From the NCBI GenBank assembly GCA_013115145.1, contig JAAPAO010000266.1, forward strand, positions 1-44,892: a stretch of 44,892 nt of DNA. The letters are read 5' to 3'. The DNA is from Perkinsus chesapeaki ATCC PRA-425 (Eukaryota > Protista > Perkinsozoa). Positions 25,667 through 38,300 of this stretch are shown here, piece after piece. Under the pieces are notes generated by a model, which had not been told where the DNA came from, ran no database searches, and worked only from the letters and a program-made list of their open reading frames with translations. The stretch's first letter is position 1. Each line of letters opens with the position of its first letter. A program made the translations under genes and the position numbers.

Positions 25667-28597
25667 ATGATAAGGTTCAAGGCTCTGCCCCGAGGCTGCT
25701 GTCTGGGGCGAGTTGTACACACAGCGAGTCCGTGGCGAGGACTGCTGCTTCGACCCAGGCGTCAATTGTTCAGCACGGAGAGGTATCCAGCGGAAGGTGT
25801 GGTTAGCATGGCCGACCTCTACGCTGAGGAGGCTGCCGACGATGGTTATGAACCAGAGTTCGTAGACAGACCAGTCTCGCATACTGGGCACGTCTTTACA
25901 ATGGACGAGGGTAGTTTCTGAGGGTGACACGTCCATGGGGTTCATGGAGGTGCTTTCAGGCAACACGTGGGATTTGTCAAAGGCGCCTTCGTCGTTGGAG
26001 GAAGCTGGTGATGGAGTGTTAGAGACGGTCACAGAGAAGGGTGACACTGAATCCTTCCCGCGGTAAGTCTTGCTCTGAGGTGGACTGCAGTACCTGCCTA
26101 GACACAACGTGCCGTTTGTTGACCGTATGTGGGTTCATGTCCGAGCTGGCCGAGGTGGAGATCCTAAGCCCAAGACTAAAAGGTGAGTAGAACGTCATCG
26201 ACCTGCTCGCCTTTGAGTTCTAGCATGAAGGGCATCCAATCCGTATCTGTCCGTGTCTTGGAGATTTTATATAACCATACTATGCTGAGCTATCGCCGCT
26301 CCACGTGTACCGCGGTACGGTAGTAGCACTGTTGCGCACTGAACAACTGTATCAAACTGTGTTCTGTTACAGGACATACGGGTTCAAAGGTCCTGGATAT
26401 GGCGGACACGGCGGTCATGTCTTCATACGGTGCACTGATCAAATCGACAGCCTTCTCAGCATCAAGCAGGAGGTAGGGTCCTAGAAGCTTGTGCTCTCAG
26501 TCATGACCGTTCGGCAGGTGCATGCTAAGAACGGTGGCAACGGAGGGCAAGTGAATCCGAATGGGAGAGGTGGCAAGATGAACCGCTGGAGGCTGGCTGT
26601 GTTGGCGGCGGTGTAGGTATCCATGGTGACGACTGTACCATATACGTCCCGCCTGGCACTATAATACGAGAACGAGTGAAAACCGGTCACAAGTCGGATG
26701 CCAATCGCAGCGTACACAGGTCGAGGTAACGCTGGTGCTGTTAGCCTCTCTTTCGCGGAGGAAATATCAGGTTCCTTTACCAATTCCTGGCCGACAAGGA
26801 GATGATAAGGATATGCAGAGGAGGCAAAGGAGGTGTTCAATCGTCACTGCACAAGCCGTCAGAGATGCCTCCTTCGGCCAGGTGTGGGGTATAGCAGTTT
26901 CAAGAAGCATGATGGCCGCATGGGAGCCCCAGGCGAGAGCAAGAAACTAGAGCTAGAATTGAGACTCGTCACAGACGTTGCGCTGGTATACCCAACTTGG
27001 CCCTTTTTGGAGATTGCCTCGTTCAGCTGGGGAAGCCAAACAGTGGGAAAAGCTCGATAGCGTCTTCAGTGTGTCGCATGATGACGAGAATAGGCCCAGA
27101 GGAGTATTCGACTACACGTCCTCATACAGGCGTACCACTGCAGACCAAGACCACGAAAATTATGGTTCTAGGTTGTCCGATTTCGGGATGGTATCAACAT
27201 AAAGATCACAGATTTGCCTGGTGTGACAGAGGGTGCAGCCGAGGACAAGCTTCGGGGACAGAGGGTCCTGCGGCACATGTACCGTGCCAAGCTACTTGTT
27301 TATGTTATTAAAATGGGCAAAGGTGAGTTTGGCGGTGAAGTAAGGCTTCTGGCTATTGCTTTGTAACTAAGTTAACCTACACTGAGTGACCCTTACTCTA
27401 CACTTACTCTGTTTGGTGTTACTAGGTTATTATTATTAATTATTAACGGATTAAATTATTAATTATTATTAATTATTATTAATTATTATTAATTATTATT
27501 AATTATTATTAATTATTATTAATTATTATTAATTATTANNNNNNNNNNNNNNNNNNNNNNNNNNNNNNNNNNNNNNNNNNNNNNNNNNNNNNNNNNNNNN
27601 NNNNNNNNNNNNNNNNNNNNNNNNNNNNNNNNNNNTTATTAATTAGTTATTAATTATTAACTAGATTATTTGGTTATCTAAGATGATTAGAAAGTTAGAC
27701 GCTTTGTATTAAAGATAACTTACATCTGAGTTTTACTAGATTTACTTTGGTACACACTACAAGATATCTTCAATGCAAAGCTCGAATTTTCGCAATGGGT
27801 GGAGATTAAAGCTAGCAAACGGTTCAGTCGAGTGGCGGATCGTCCGGGATCTTCCCAATCGTAAAACAGTAGCACTTCTGCTGGCAGGTCGAGACGTAGT
27901 TGGTACATCCGAGGATCCACTGAAGGACTTTGAAGTTGTCTATAATGAAGTGATGAAGCATGACGCGGCGTGGAATGAACATAGGAAATGGATCGTCTGT
28001 GCTACTATGTGTGACATGTTGCACAAGTAGGACATAAAATGGGGACAGAAATTGTGTGCTGACACCATCTCGATCTATAACACGGATGCATGTTTTCTGT
28101 CAGGGACTCGCTGTTTCATTTGGACTCCCTGTACTTCCGTCTCCGAGCTCGGTTCCCCGAAGTCGTGGTGATCGGGACCAGTGCCCGCTTTGGCCTGGGC
28201 ATTAAACGCCTTGTGGTAGAATCAGCCTGCCAGCCACTGCCTCAGGATGTCGGCACTGTCAGGATGAGATCCGCACGCAGCTTTATCCAGATGCCCTGGT
28301 GCCTAGTTTCCGAGAGAGACAGATTCCCATCCAGCGGTTGATAGCGCCCTCGGCCGAGGAGGTCAGACAGATCATCGAGGAGTTCTACGCGTGTAGGAGC
28401 AGCCCTTGGCTAATCCCCTCCCTCGATTGTCGTCGTGCTCAGCTGGTCGCTATAGTCTATTGGAAGCCCAAGCCCAGCAAGATGACGTCAGGGTCTACCT
28501 GCCGGAGGACGAGGGATCCAGGATCGCACTGGGGCTCCGTGGGGACGTCGAGCAGCTGTCCTCGTCGGCGCCCTTCGTCCAGCAAATTGATGCCTAA
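25667..28597 (+). CDS. obg: Obg/CgtA-family GTPase (MTG2-like), probably mitochondrial
   Basis: Basic/hydrophobic presequence MIRFKALPRG..RRQLFS. Obg fold FVDRMWVHVRAGRGG, GYGGHGGHV, RGGKGG, LELELRLVTDVAL. G1 GKPNSGKS, G2 YSTTRP, G3 DLPG, G4-like TMCD, G5 TSARFGLGI. The assembly gap falls in an intron. Confidence 0.92.
27454..27538. repeat. (AATTATTATT)n AT-only tandem repeat, at least 8 copies, running into an assembly gap
   Basis: Directly visible in an Obg intron; degenerate TTATTAA units continue after the gap. Confidence 0.95.
27539..27635. other. Assembly gap (N run)
   Basis: Run of N characters; true length unknown. Confidence 1.
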
Positions 28598-28901
28598 TTG
28601 CATGTCTTCTACTGTTTCTGGCATGGATGTTTCTAGGAGGACGTTGTTGGCTTGTGCTACTGACATTGAGCTCGTGAATACACCTTCGGGGAATTGTGTG
28701 GTTTGTCCCCTCCAGGGCTAAATCGACAGTATCTCGGAGTGTGTGTCTACTTGTGTTCGCAGAGCGCTTATTCAAACAGAAGTATACCTGCTACGAGAGT
28801 GTTCTCGCTTTACTCGTTACTCACCTGCCAATTCTGCTATGGGAAACTGCTTCATATTACAATATCTATTTGACTGAGTCACATATTACTTCAATCCTTT
28901 C

Positions 28902-30501
28902 ATGAGTGCATCATCCACATTGCGCGTTGTCGAGCCCGCCATCCAGAACTATGCCTGGGGTAAAATAGGTTCGTCTAGCAAAGTCGCCCTATTGGCGAAG
29001 GAAGGAGGTACCGTTCGAGCGTCCTTCACTGGAACTCATATCGATATCTTCTCCATTGCTCAGATCACACCGGCTCCTTCAAGATAGACGAGAGCAAGCC
29101 CTACGCTGAGCTCTGGATGGGCGACCATCCTAACGGTGTGTGCCATATGGCTGACGGTGGTGAGACAATTCAAGCCTGGCTTGCCACAGAGGAGGGAAAG
29201 GACTTCCTCGGCAGTGTTAAGCAGTTACCTTACCTTTTCAAGGTAAACTTCATGCACCGCTGTCGGTGGCCATCTGCTGACGTCGTGCCGCAGGTTCTCT
29301 CTATTCGCCTGGCATTGTCTATCCAATCTCATCCCGACAAGGCTTTGGCCCAGAAGCTCCACCACGACCGTCCTGACCTGTACAAAGATCCCAACCACAA
29401 GCCGGAGATCGCCATCGCCCTCACCAACTTCGTCGGCATGTGTGGATTCAGGTGAGGCCCGCTCAGCTCGGCGTTGTCGAATTTGTTACTTTTCAGGCCA
29501 GTTACCGAAATCGCCGCCTTCTGCAACGATTTCCCGGAACTGGGTCGGCTGTTGGGCGCAGATATTTGCAAGCAGCTTGATGAGGATGCCGATGGCGCGC
29601 TGAAGAACGCATACTCGACTCTCATGAGGGCTGACGGTAGCTTCTTTGCTGTCCGCTCCGATCGATAACCTCTTTATTGACTAGGCAAAGCCGTCGCTGA
29701 GACGATCTCAGAGATTGTGTCGAGAACTCCTGTTGTCGATAACGAAGCTCACTCCCTTGCCATCGAGTTGGATCGCCAGTTCCCCGGCGGAGATGTGGGA
29801 GTGTTGTCCGTGTTCTTCCTCAACATCGTTCACATGGTGCGTTCAGTCCCTCTTTTCCATACTGAGACATGGTCTCCATCAGGTCCCCGGTCAATGCCTA
29901 TACTTGAAGGCCAACACCCCTCACGCTTATGTCTCTGGAGATATCATGGAGTGCATGGCTTGCAGCGATAATGTCATCCGCGGTGGCCTCACGCCCAAGT
30001 ACAAGGACGTCGAGGTGAATTCCTTCTGCGTGAGATTGTGTCAACTTCGTCTGGTGTTTAGGTGCTTCTACAGTCGCTTGTCTTCGAGAGTCGCCCTGCC
30101 AGCATTCTGGTGCCTACCCACGCCAACTGTGGTGTGAAGTGTGATGCCAATACGTATGCTCCAGGCGACATCGACGACTTCGAGGTTATCAAAGTAAGGT
30201 GGGAAATGATGTCCACGAATATTATCGTCACTCTAGGTTGACGCTTCTGGTGAAGGCGAGCTCGTCCCCTCGAAGCAATGTATGTCTATGGGGATCGTGA
30301 TCAGCGGCAAGGGAACGATTAACGGAATGCCCGTTTCGGAGGGGGAAGTGGTAAAATCCCTGTTCGCCTATTTGAAGGATTTCTCCACTCTGTTGCTCTC
30401 AGGTCGCCATCCATGCCGATTCCAAGATTTCTGTTGTGCCTGCATCCGGTACCAGCATGGAAGTGTTCATTGGCACCTGCGGCCGTAACTATACTGATTA
30501 A
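28902..30501 (+). CDS. MPI: Mannose-6-phosphate isomerase (type I PMI)
   Basis: [86 protein letters not shown]. Zn ligands Q/H/E/H are intact. Confidence 0.97.
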
Positions 30502-30628
30502 TCATTACACTGTTAAGTTTCTAGTTTCCTTTCTATCACTTGCATTCGCTCTTGTGCGGTCAATTAGATCTGCTCCACTGTTGCGCGTCGAGGCTTGCGT
30601 GCACTAGTCAGTCCAAGCTCTCGCATCA

Positions 30629-33069
30629 ATGCCTCCCCGCGTAACCAACGGTCGAACAGCTGCGGATATTCCCGCTGACTATCAGAAAACAGTAAACCCA
30701 TTCTTCTTGGTGAGATACTATCAAACTCGTCCGGAGTGTTCCGAGCAGGCCATGAGCAAATTCCGCCGTCGACGGTGGGATGAGGCGATTGAAATTTGCA
30801 CAGACTTGTTGAAAGCGAATCCAAGGTAAGAGCTGACCTTAGTCGGGTGGTGAGCCCCAACAAATATCGAGAGCTCTTATCGACTGTGTTCCCAGCGGAG
30901 ACTCTCCGTATCGCAATGAGAACAGCATGACCGTTCAGAGACGAGTCTGCGTGGTTCCTAAAGTGCCGCGCGCTGACAATGAGGAACTTCATAGATGACT
31001 TGGAATGTGATGAGGCACCCTTGGGTGACATGATCGCTGAAGAAAACGGGATCAATACGGCGCCGCGGTAAAACTTCCAATGACGAGTTTGCCAAGCAGA
31101 GGTCAGTAGGCCCGGAACGAGTCTCCAGAGACCGATGAGCAGGAGCATTGGCACAGTGCGCCCGTCTACTAATACCGGCAGACCAATCACCGGCTTTGCA
31201 AGGCCGGGAACTAACAGTAGGATTGAGTTTACCTACAGCGCTCTCCTACCAACCTTACCAGCCGGAAGGGCCCCGCCATCGGCAGGGGGGCGAGACCAGC
31301 TGTCGACAGCGCTGCAGCAGCTAAACAGAGGCTCCAGCGGTCGTCCTATGACCTCGTCCGTGGGGCGCCCAACGACAAGTCTGGGCCGCCTGGTAAGTTT
31401 GAAACGGAAATAGTTGAGCGTATAACTGTCTTGAAGGTTCGCATTGGCACAGCGTCATTGCAGAACGATCCTGATGGAGAATTCATAAGACCTCCCACAC
31501 TCAACTTTCAGAAGTCCGCTTGGCTATCAATAAGGCCTCTGTTCACTTTGTGAAGCAGGTTCGTTGATAACCAGGCCCTCGCTAAGGCCCTCATGGACTA
31601 CTTAGTGTTCGTTCTACGCGACATGCCGTAAGCATTCATGAGTATGGAGGTGAGTGGACGCGCAGTATGGCAGGAAAGCCTTGGAACTTGCGAGCGAAGC
31701 CACTAAGCATTGCAAGTATGAAGACTGGTGGTGGAAGGTGAGCGATCAGCCCAGATGCTCAGCCCGAGCGGAGCTCTAAGACCGTCGTCCTTTCTGGTAT
31801 CTCGAAGGATCTGCTTCTTCAGGCGAGGCTTGGGAAATGCTACTTCCACCTCGGCTTACTACGAGACGCCGAGAAGCAGCTGACATCGGCCTTGAAGAGC
31901 AGCGATGCACTGTTGGCATCCATGGAGCTTGCCAGGGTATATATGAAGCTCGATCAGGTAGCGAACCATTCCACGATTCTTTCAACCAAGAGGAGCTCCA
32001 CGATGACTGGGGTTCGCGATTGGTGGTCCTCTCTCAACCTGCCTTTGATGCTTTCCGTTGTATGGCTGTATCGTTGGAGCCATCTCTCTTCAGCCTCTTG
32101 TCGCCATAAACACGTATAAGAGCGCGTCTCTACAGTACCCGGGTGATCCTACCGTACGGTTGGGCATCGCTCGCGTTGCCGCAGCTGTCGGTGACGAATC
32201 CGCCAGTATTGAAACTTATAAAGAGTAACAACATGACCATCGCGTCAACAGAGCAATGAGTTCAGGGTCCTGCAGCTGGATCCAGTAAACTGCGAAGCTA
32301 TAGCTTCCCTTGCTGCCCATCACTTCTACAATGACCAGCCAGAGATAGCCCTGCGCTACTATCGTCGACTGCTGCAGTTGGGCGTAGTCGCGAGTGCAGA
32401 GATATGGAACAACCTCGGTACCATTGTAGCCTTTATTAATTCGGTTCTATAGTATCCTCTTAGGGCTCAGCTGTTTCTACGCCCAACACTGGGATCTCTG
32501 CCTCACTTGCATGGAGCGTGCCTTGGTATTTGCTGAGGATAAGACCGTAGCGGACGTATGGTATAATATCGGACATGTAGGTTGTGTCGCAGTAGGAACA
32601 GGAATTCTGAGGATGTTCAGATTGGTATCGGCGTTGGTGACCTCGCACTTGCCTACCAGGCCTTTAAGGTTTCAGTGGCCTACGACAACAGTCATGCAGA
32701 AAGTCTTAATAACCTTGGTGTCCTCGAGCACAGGAAGGGCAACACTGAACTTGCCAAGAGCTTTTTTCAGAGGTAGGAGGAACAGTCCAGGACTACAACA
32801 CCACCGCCTTAACAACTAAGTGTCATCTATTGCGTTTTGTGAAGTATTGCGATCGTAGCATACCGTTGGCGAGTGTGATATGGTTCAGTTCCTCAACTGC
32901 CGATGGAAGCCTGTATGAACCCTCTTTTAATGCCTCCCTCATTTGCTATGATGAAGGCAATGTACAAGGATGCATGGACAATCTGAATGCGTCGTTGGAC
33001 AAGTTCCCGGAACACACGGTTTCGAATAATTTGATGAAGACACTGAAGGATCGTCTCATGGCCCTGTGA
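30629..33069 (+). CDS. TTC8: BBSome subunit BBS8 / TTC8 (TPR protein)
   Basis: AWFLKCRALT, RPGTSLQRP, RPSTNTGRPITGFARPGT, RPTTSLGRLVRIGTASL, EDWWWKARLGKCY, EAIASLAAHHFYNDQPEIALRYYRRLLQLG, ADVWYNIGHV, GDLALAYQAFK, HAESLNNLGVLE, LYEPSFN. Confidence 0.96.
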
Positions 33070-33962
33070 CTTGATATGTCCCGTCTTTTGTCTTGTGTTT
33101 TACAGTGGGTATGCCAGTACCCGTGAAAACTCGTTTCGCCGAAATAGTCGGCGTTGGTGCCGGAAATCCAGAAACGTAGCCAATGACTACCATAATCATT
33201 CAAGCAACTTTAATTCTTACGAGGAACTATTGACATCGGACATGCGAGTTGCATGGTGGCATCGTTTACACAGAAGCGCCTCTTCAGATTCTGTATTTGC
33301 GACTGTAAGCGGCACTCTACCACCACCGTACCCGGGACTTGGTTAGATGAAGCAATGGATTTGAAACACGAAGACACGCGGCAAGAATATGCCAAATATT
33401 TCCTAATAACAAGAGCTGTCGGTCCCTAAGAGAAGATCAATATAGGACACTCTTATCACGGCTCTGGTAGCTGCTTGTGCGACAAGTTATAAACTCCGAA
33501 GCTGGTCAGTTGAGTTGTAATCCGGGTTTTACAAAACCAAGTTGACGTTAAATCAAGGGCGAATTCGTGCGGTGGATGCTAGAGTCTACTTCTGTACGCG
33601 TGCAGTGTACTCGGACCTGAGTCTGTTAATTGCTACATTGAATTTGAAAACTTCACTGAACCGAGGTGAGCCTAGCTAGCCATAGTTTGCTATCAAAGTC
33701 AAGATTTCAACTCACCGGGAAAGGCACATTCACGTCTTTGACTTGCTAGTGAAAATCGATATCGCAATTGCGTTGGTGGAGAAGCAGCAAGGACTTGTAA
33801 GATAGGCAAGATGTAGCACGCCCGGGGCGGGCGCGATTATCAGCGCAAAAATGAAACGGCTGGGGCGCTAAGCCAAACCGAACGAAACGTTAGCAAATTA
33901 GTCTTCTTTGTCTTATTACCAGCTGCTCTCTTCAAGGTATCCTGTATTCTTTTAATTCTCTA

Positions 33963-34805
33963 ATGAGTTCTGAAGCTCCCGTTGCTACTGCCCAGCCCCC
34001 TACCACTACCGTCTACCAGCAGCCCATGTACAGTGTGGTTCAGCCCCAGGGCGTTTCATACGTCCCTTCCGAGTTCCAAGCCCAAACGTAAGCCGCTGCT
34101 GCTGTATTTACTGCGTAATTGTGTCCTTTCAGTGTTATGGATCCCGAGAGCATCAAGCACCAGAAGACTCAGAGTCTCTCTATGCTCGACAGTCAGCTCA
34201 ACATGGCCATGCAGACTTGCAAGAGTGACTACGAGCAGGCCAAGCAGCAGATTGCTCTCCGTGCCAACTTCGATCTCCAGGCTGCTACCAGTGCCGTCGA
34301 GCAGTCGCGTCAGCAGGCCCTGTTCGCCCTTGACCAACAACATCAACAGCGCCGCATGGAGATCGAGCAGAGGGCCCAGGAGCAGCGCATGCAGATCGAG
34401 TCTACAGCTAGCCAGTTGTGCATGCAGGCTCAGCAACAGAAGCTTCAGAAGGAGATGAGTGACCGCATGGCCAAGCTTCAAAAGGAGCAAGCTGAGCGCG
34501 AGGCCAAGGCCCAGCAGACTATGCCGACTTTGCCTCCTCAGACAACTACTACAGGATCCTATGTGCCTCCTCTTCAGTACAGTACTATCCCGGCCCTGAT
34601 GCCTCAACCAATTTATACTTCAGCTGATGGCGGTGTTACGACTACTTACTCTAACACTGGCAACACCTATTCGTCCTACCCTGCTAGCCATGGTTATCAA
34701 ACTGGCGGTTTCCCCAGCTATATGGGGCAACCACAGGTTATTAGAACAGTACGAGTGGTGAGCGATACACAGTCTGCTCAACCAACTACTACAGTCTCTA
34801 GTTAG
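33963..34805 (+). CDS. Two-exon Gln-rich coiled-coil protein with Pro/Thr/Tyr-rich termini, function unknown
   Basis: MSSEAPVATAQPP..FQAQT, intron ~34086-34131, then VMDPESIKHQKTQSL..ALDQQHQQRRMEIEQRAQEQRMQIESTASQLCMQAQQQKLQKEM. Marked C/G-ending codon bias in the core. Confidence 0.85.
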
Positions 34806-35303
34806 ACTTTTGCCAATCAAATGATTGCACATGTATCGGGATCAGTGTCCAAAGAACTCTCTTGATGCAATAGCATGAAGAGGAAGGACCTGATTCTAGA
34901 TTGTTTGATTTCAACGTTTGCTTTACTACATGTTGTGTTGCTAGTTTGTAGTGGGGAGAAACTATCGAGTTGCATCTATGTTATCCCTAATTAATGCAAG
35001 TCACAGTACCAATCTTGACCAGTCGGATAGTTCTTTTGCTGGTGAGGCTTAGTGAGAATCTTACGCAGTACTCTATGCTGCCTAGGTAACGAATTGATAT
35101 CTAGGCGAATCACCACTATCGTTTATGCAAACATCACTGAGCTAAGCTCGGCTCAGTCCAAAGCAAAAGGTAGGGGGCAGTTTTAGATTCTAAAATTTAG
35201 AATAGCATCATATGGAACAACCACGTGAGGCGAGATCATCTATCTAATTGGTCAAGCGCATCACTTGTAACACAACAAGAAATACATTAAAGAGGCTGAC
35301 GGT

Positions 35304-38300
35304 TCATGGACTATCAGATCTCTGTGATAGACCTTCTCTACGCCGTGTAGTCATGAATCGAACACTCCCACCATCCCTAATAGACGCTAACCTCACTCGC
35401 CTCGAGGATTGCTCTTTGGCGACTATATCGTCTGCCGTCTGAGAGAGCTCTGAGCAGTGGGCTAGATACCGCCGATGGGACTCTCTAAGGTGCTCCTGCC
35501 TCCTAATGAGAAACAAATATACTATAAAACCTCATTGGCTCCTGAATGAGAATTACTTCCTGTGTTCTAGAGAAGTTCGGACCAGCTTCCCGCGGCCGCG
35601 AGCCCTCACATAACGCCGTCCAAGCGTTCTAGGTGTTAGCGTTCTCACCAGCAGACTCTTGGCTGCAGCAACCGCAGTGACGCGACACGGCAATTCGCGA
35701 CTCACAGTTTGTTGTTGGCGGTGGTTGCGCAGTTGGGGTGAAGTTCGTAACTGACAAGGAATGAAATGCGTACGGTGTCCGAGGCACAAGAGCTCACATG
35801 TAAAACCGAGCTCTTTCTCAAGGGTTGAAACAGCATCTTGCAGGGCGGATTCAATTTTTTCTAAGCGGTCCACGACATGAGCTTGATGGATCGACATTAT
35901 CTCATTCTGCTCGGCAGCGCGATGCACCTGATCCACAGAGACAATCTGAGCGCGGAACGCTTGTTCCTAAACTCACTTGCTCATCTAGGTCGTCGACGAT
36001 GCCATCCCATTTCTCTGAATCACCAGCGACAAGACCCCGAGGTTTAAGGAAGTCATAGCGCCGATAAAACTGGCAAAATCGGGTTGCCGATTCGAGATCA
36101 GGGAAAATGTTGGCCTTAAGCATCACACCTGGAAGAGGGACGCTCTTCATCGTCATCCGCCGCGGATGACGGAGTTTATATTGATAGCCATACGCGATGA
36201 TCCGCGGCGAGGAAGAGGAAAGGCGAGGTAATCTGTATCGATATCTTGAACTGTTCGATACAAAGATACTATTCGAAGAAGAGTGACTTCGTCCGCCGAA
36301 TTTCAAAGGCTTACGTAGATCAACGGTCCGTTTTGCAGCCATGGCTCGAAGGGCTTCAACGAGAACCCCTCGCCGTGGCAGACCCCAGAGCGACCACAAT
36401 ATCTTCGACGCATAGTAATCGATAGTCTCCATTACAATCGTCTGTGATGTTTGCTGATTGGCTACATCACTTCTGACCTTAAAGCTCCAAAACCCGTGAA
36501 GCGACTGGAGGACAGGGCGGCTCACCATTAAATAGGTTTCCACAATGATCGCCAGGAAGAGCTGTAAGAGGCAGAAGTAGACGAGGAGCATGTAGACAAC
36601 AATGTAAAGCAGCAACCGCCTGATACGCGGCTCCTCTATGCTCGACAGTGGGAATGACATACCAATCGTTCTCCCAAGAGTCGAACCATTGGCCGCTGGA
36701 AAGGATATAGAACTGAGTCCACAGTGTCGCAGAGTAAGACTCGAACTCTTCCATGGTCTGCCCAAATGTCAGCCACGCAATGAGGCCGAGCCCAAAATAC
36801 AAAACCTGTTTAGAAACTCTTAAGTGCGACTCCAAGACGTGCTTACGGCGAATGAAATGAAGAAGTGGATGAGTTCACTTTGAGCGGAACGAAAGGTGTT
36901 GGCAAACAGCGCTATCCGAGGGTGGGCGCTCATACTGGCCACCATCCGACTTAGGATTAGATAGAGACACGTCTGTAGTGCAAACGCTAGAAGTTCCCGC
37001 AAGTGGTGGTATTTGGAGATCTGAAAGAAGCCTTTAGGAGGTAGAGCCACAGGAGCCGCTTTAACCTGCGCAGCCATATGCTTCAGCACTTGGAACTTGT
37101 ACTCATCGGAAATCGTACCGTCACCCCAGGCGATGTTCAGAAGTTGGTCAAATGTATCGTCGAAAACAGAGGGCACTATCGACCAGTACACTACCTGCAA
37201 AGGAACCTCCAGGCATCCGGTACACTATGATAGCAATACGCTGAATAAGAGGGGAGCCATGCCGCACAACTTACACTGAGGGTCAGGCACACTATGACGG
37301 CAAATGATACAACGATGTCAAGCTCGAAGTAAAGCGTCTTCACTGCTGTTTGGATGAAGTTACTCGACTTTGCCGTGCGAGTGACTCGAGCAAAGTCAAT
37401 GGCAAGCATGTAAATACATGCAACATAGGCAAGGACGGCGGCCGCTATCCAGCTCGCCATCCTACCACAGCTATGAGACACGGAGTTCAGGCAGGGATGC
37501 CCACTGCTGCCGTCTGATCCTTTTTATTGTGTGAAGCTTCCATGACCCAGACGCGGATGTATCGGTCCACTCAATAGCAAGGAGGCCTAGCAGGCCATCG
37601 TTCGAGCTCATGTCCTGATATGGAATGTGCCTCTCTTGAGCAGACCGATTGGCCCACGTCTAAGCTGTAGAGCGGTGCCATCACTTTTATCTCGCTGCTA
37701 GCAGTGTTCACAGTTTCGGAATCCCACTCAATCTCACGGAGATAGCCCATGGTAGTAACGCCTGAACCCAAGAAGCCCTCTTGAGGTGCTTTCTCACAGC
37801 AATTTCCCCACCTTCCTCATCATCTGATTGGCAAGCAAATATAGCACCAGAGCAACTAAGACACGATGCGAACAATGCAGATACTAGCCAGCGGAACAAT
37901 GGGAGCAGCGACGAGCATAGATGCCTTCACAACGAGAACTCCAAGCTATCCGGGACCGACCTACGAATTGCTGGCGTTCCCATTGCAGGTATTGAGCCTC
38001 CCTTGCTCCTTTAGAGTTAGTAGGTCGCTGGTTAGGCCGCCGCAGTACTCTCGCGCTACAGCCATTGTTCGCTGCATCAGTATGGGAGGGCTCAACAGGA
38101 ATATATCAGTGTGGTACGGTTCGGTGTTGCTCCCTTCCAAGCTGCGCCCGCTTACAAAGTCTTCGAGAGGCAGGCCGTATTTAGCGAGTGTTTTCATTGA
38201 CGGCAATGACGTCACTTTTGGGAAAATCTCGACAATCTCGGCGCTTGGCGTCCACAGAGTTACGTTGCCTGCGAAGCAGTGCTCCATGTACGTTCCCAGT

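Noticed and set aside
16381-27538. Tandem repeats at 16381-16500 and 27454-27538 as possible CRISPR arrays
   Set aside because: No unique spacers, no cas genes, eukaryotic intronic context.
33071-33960. ~890 bp spacer after BBS8 with short ORFs
   Set aside because: No coherent spliced model or motif on either strand; treated as UTR/intergenic.
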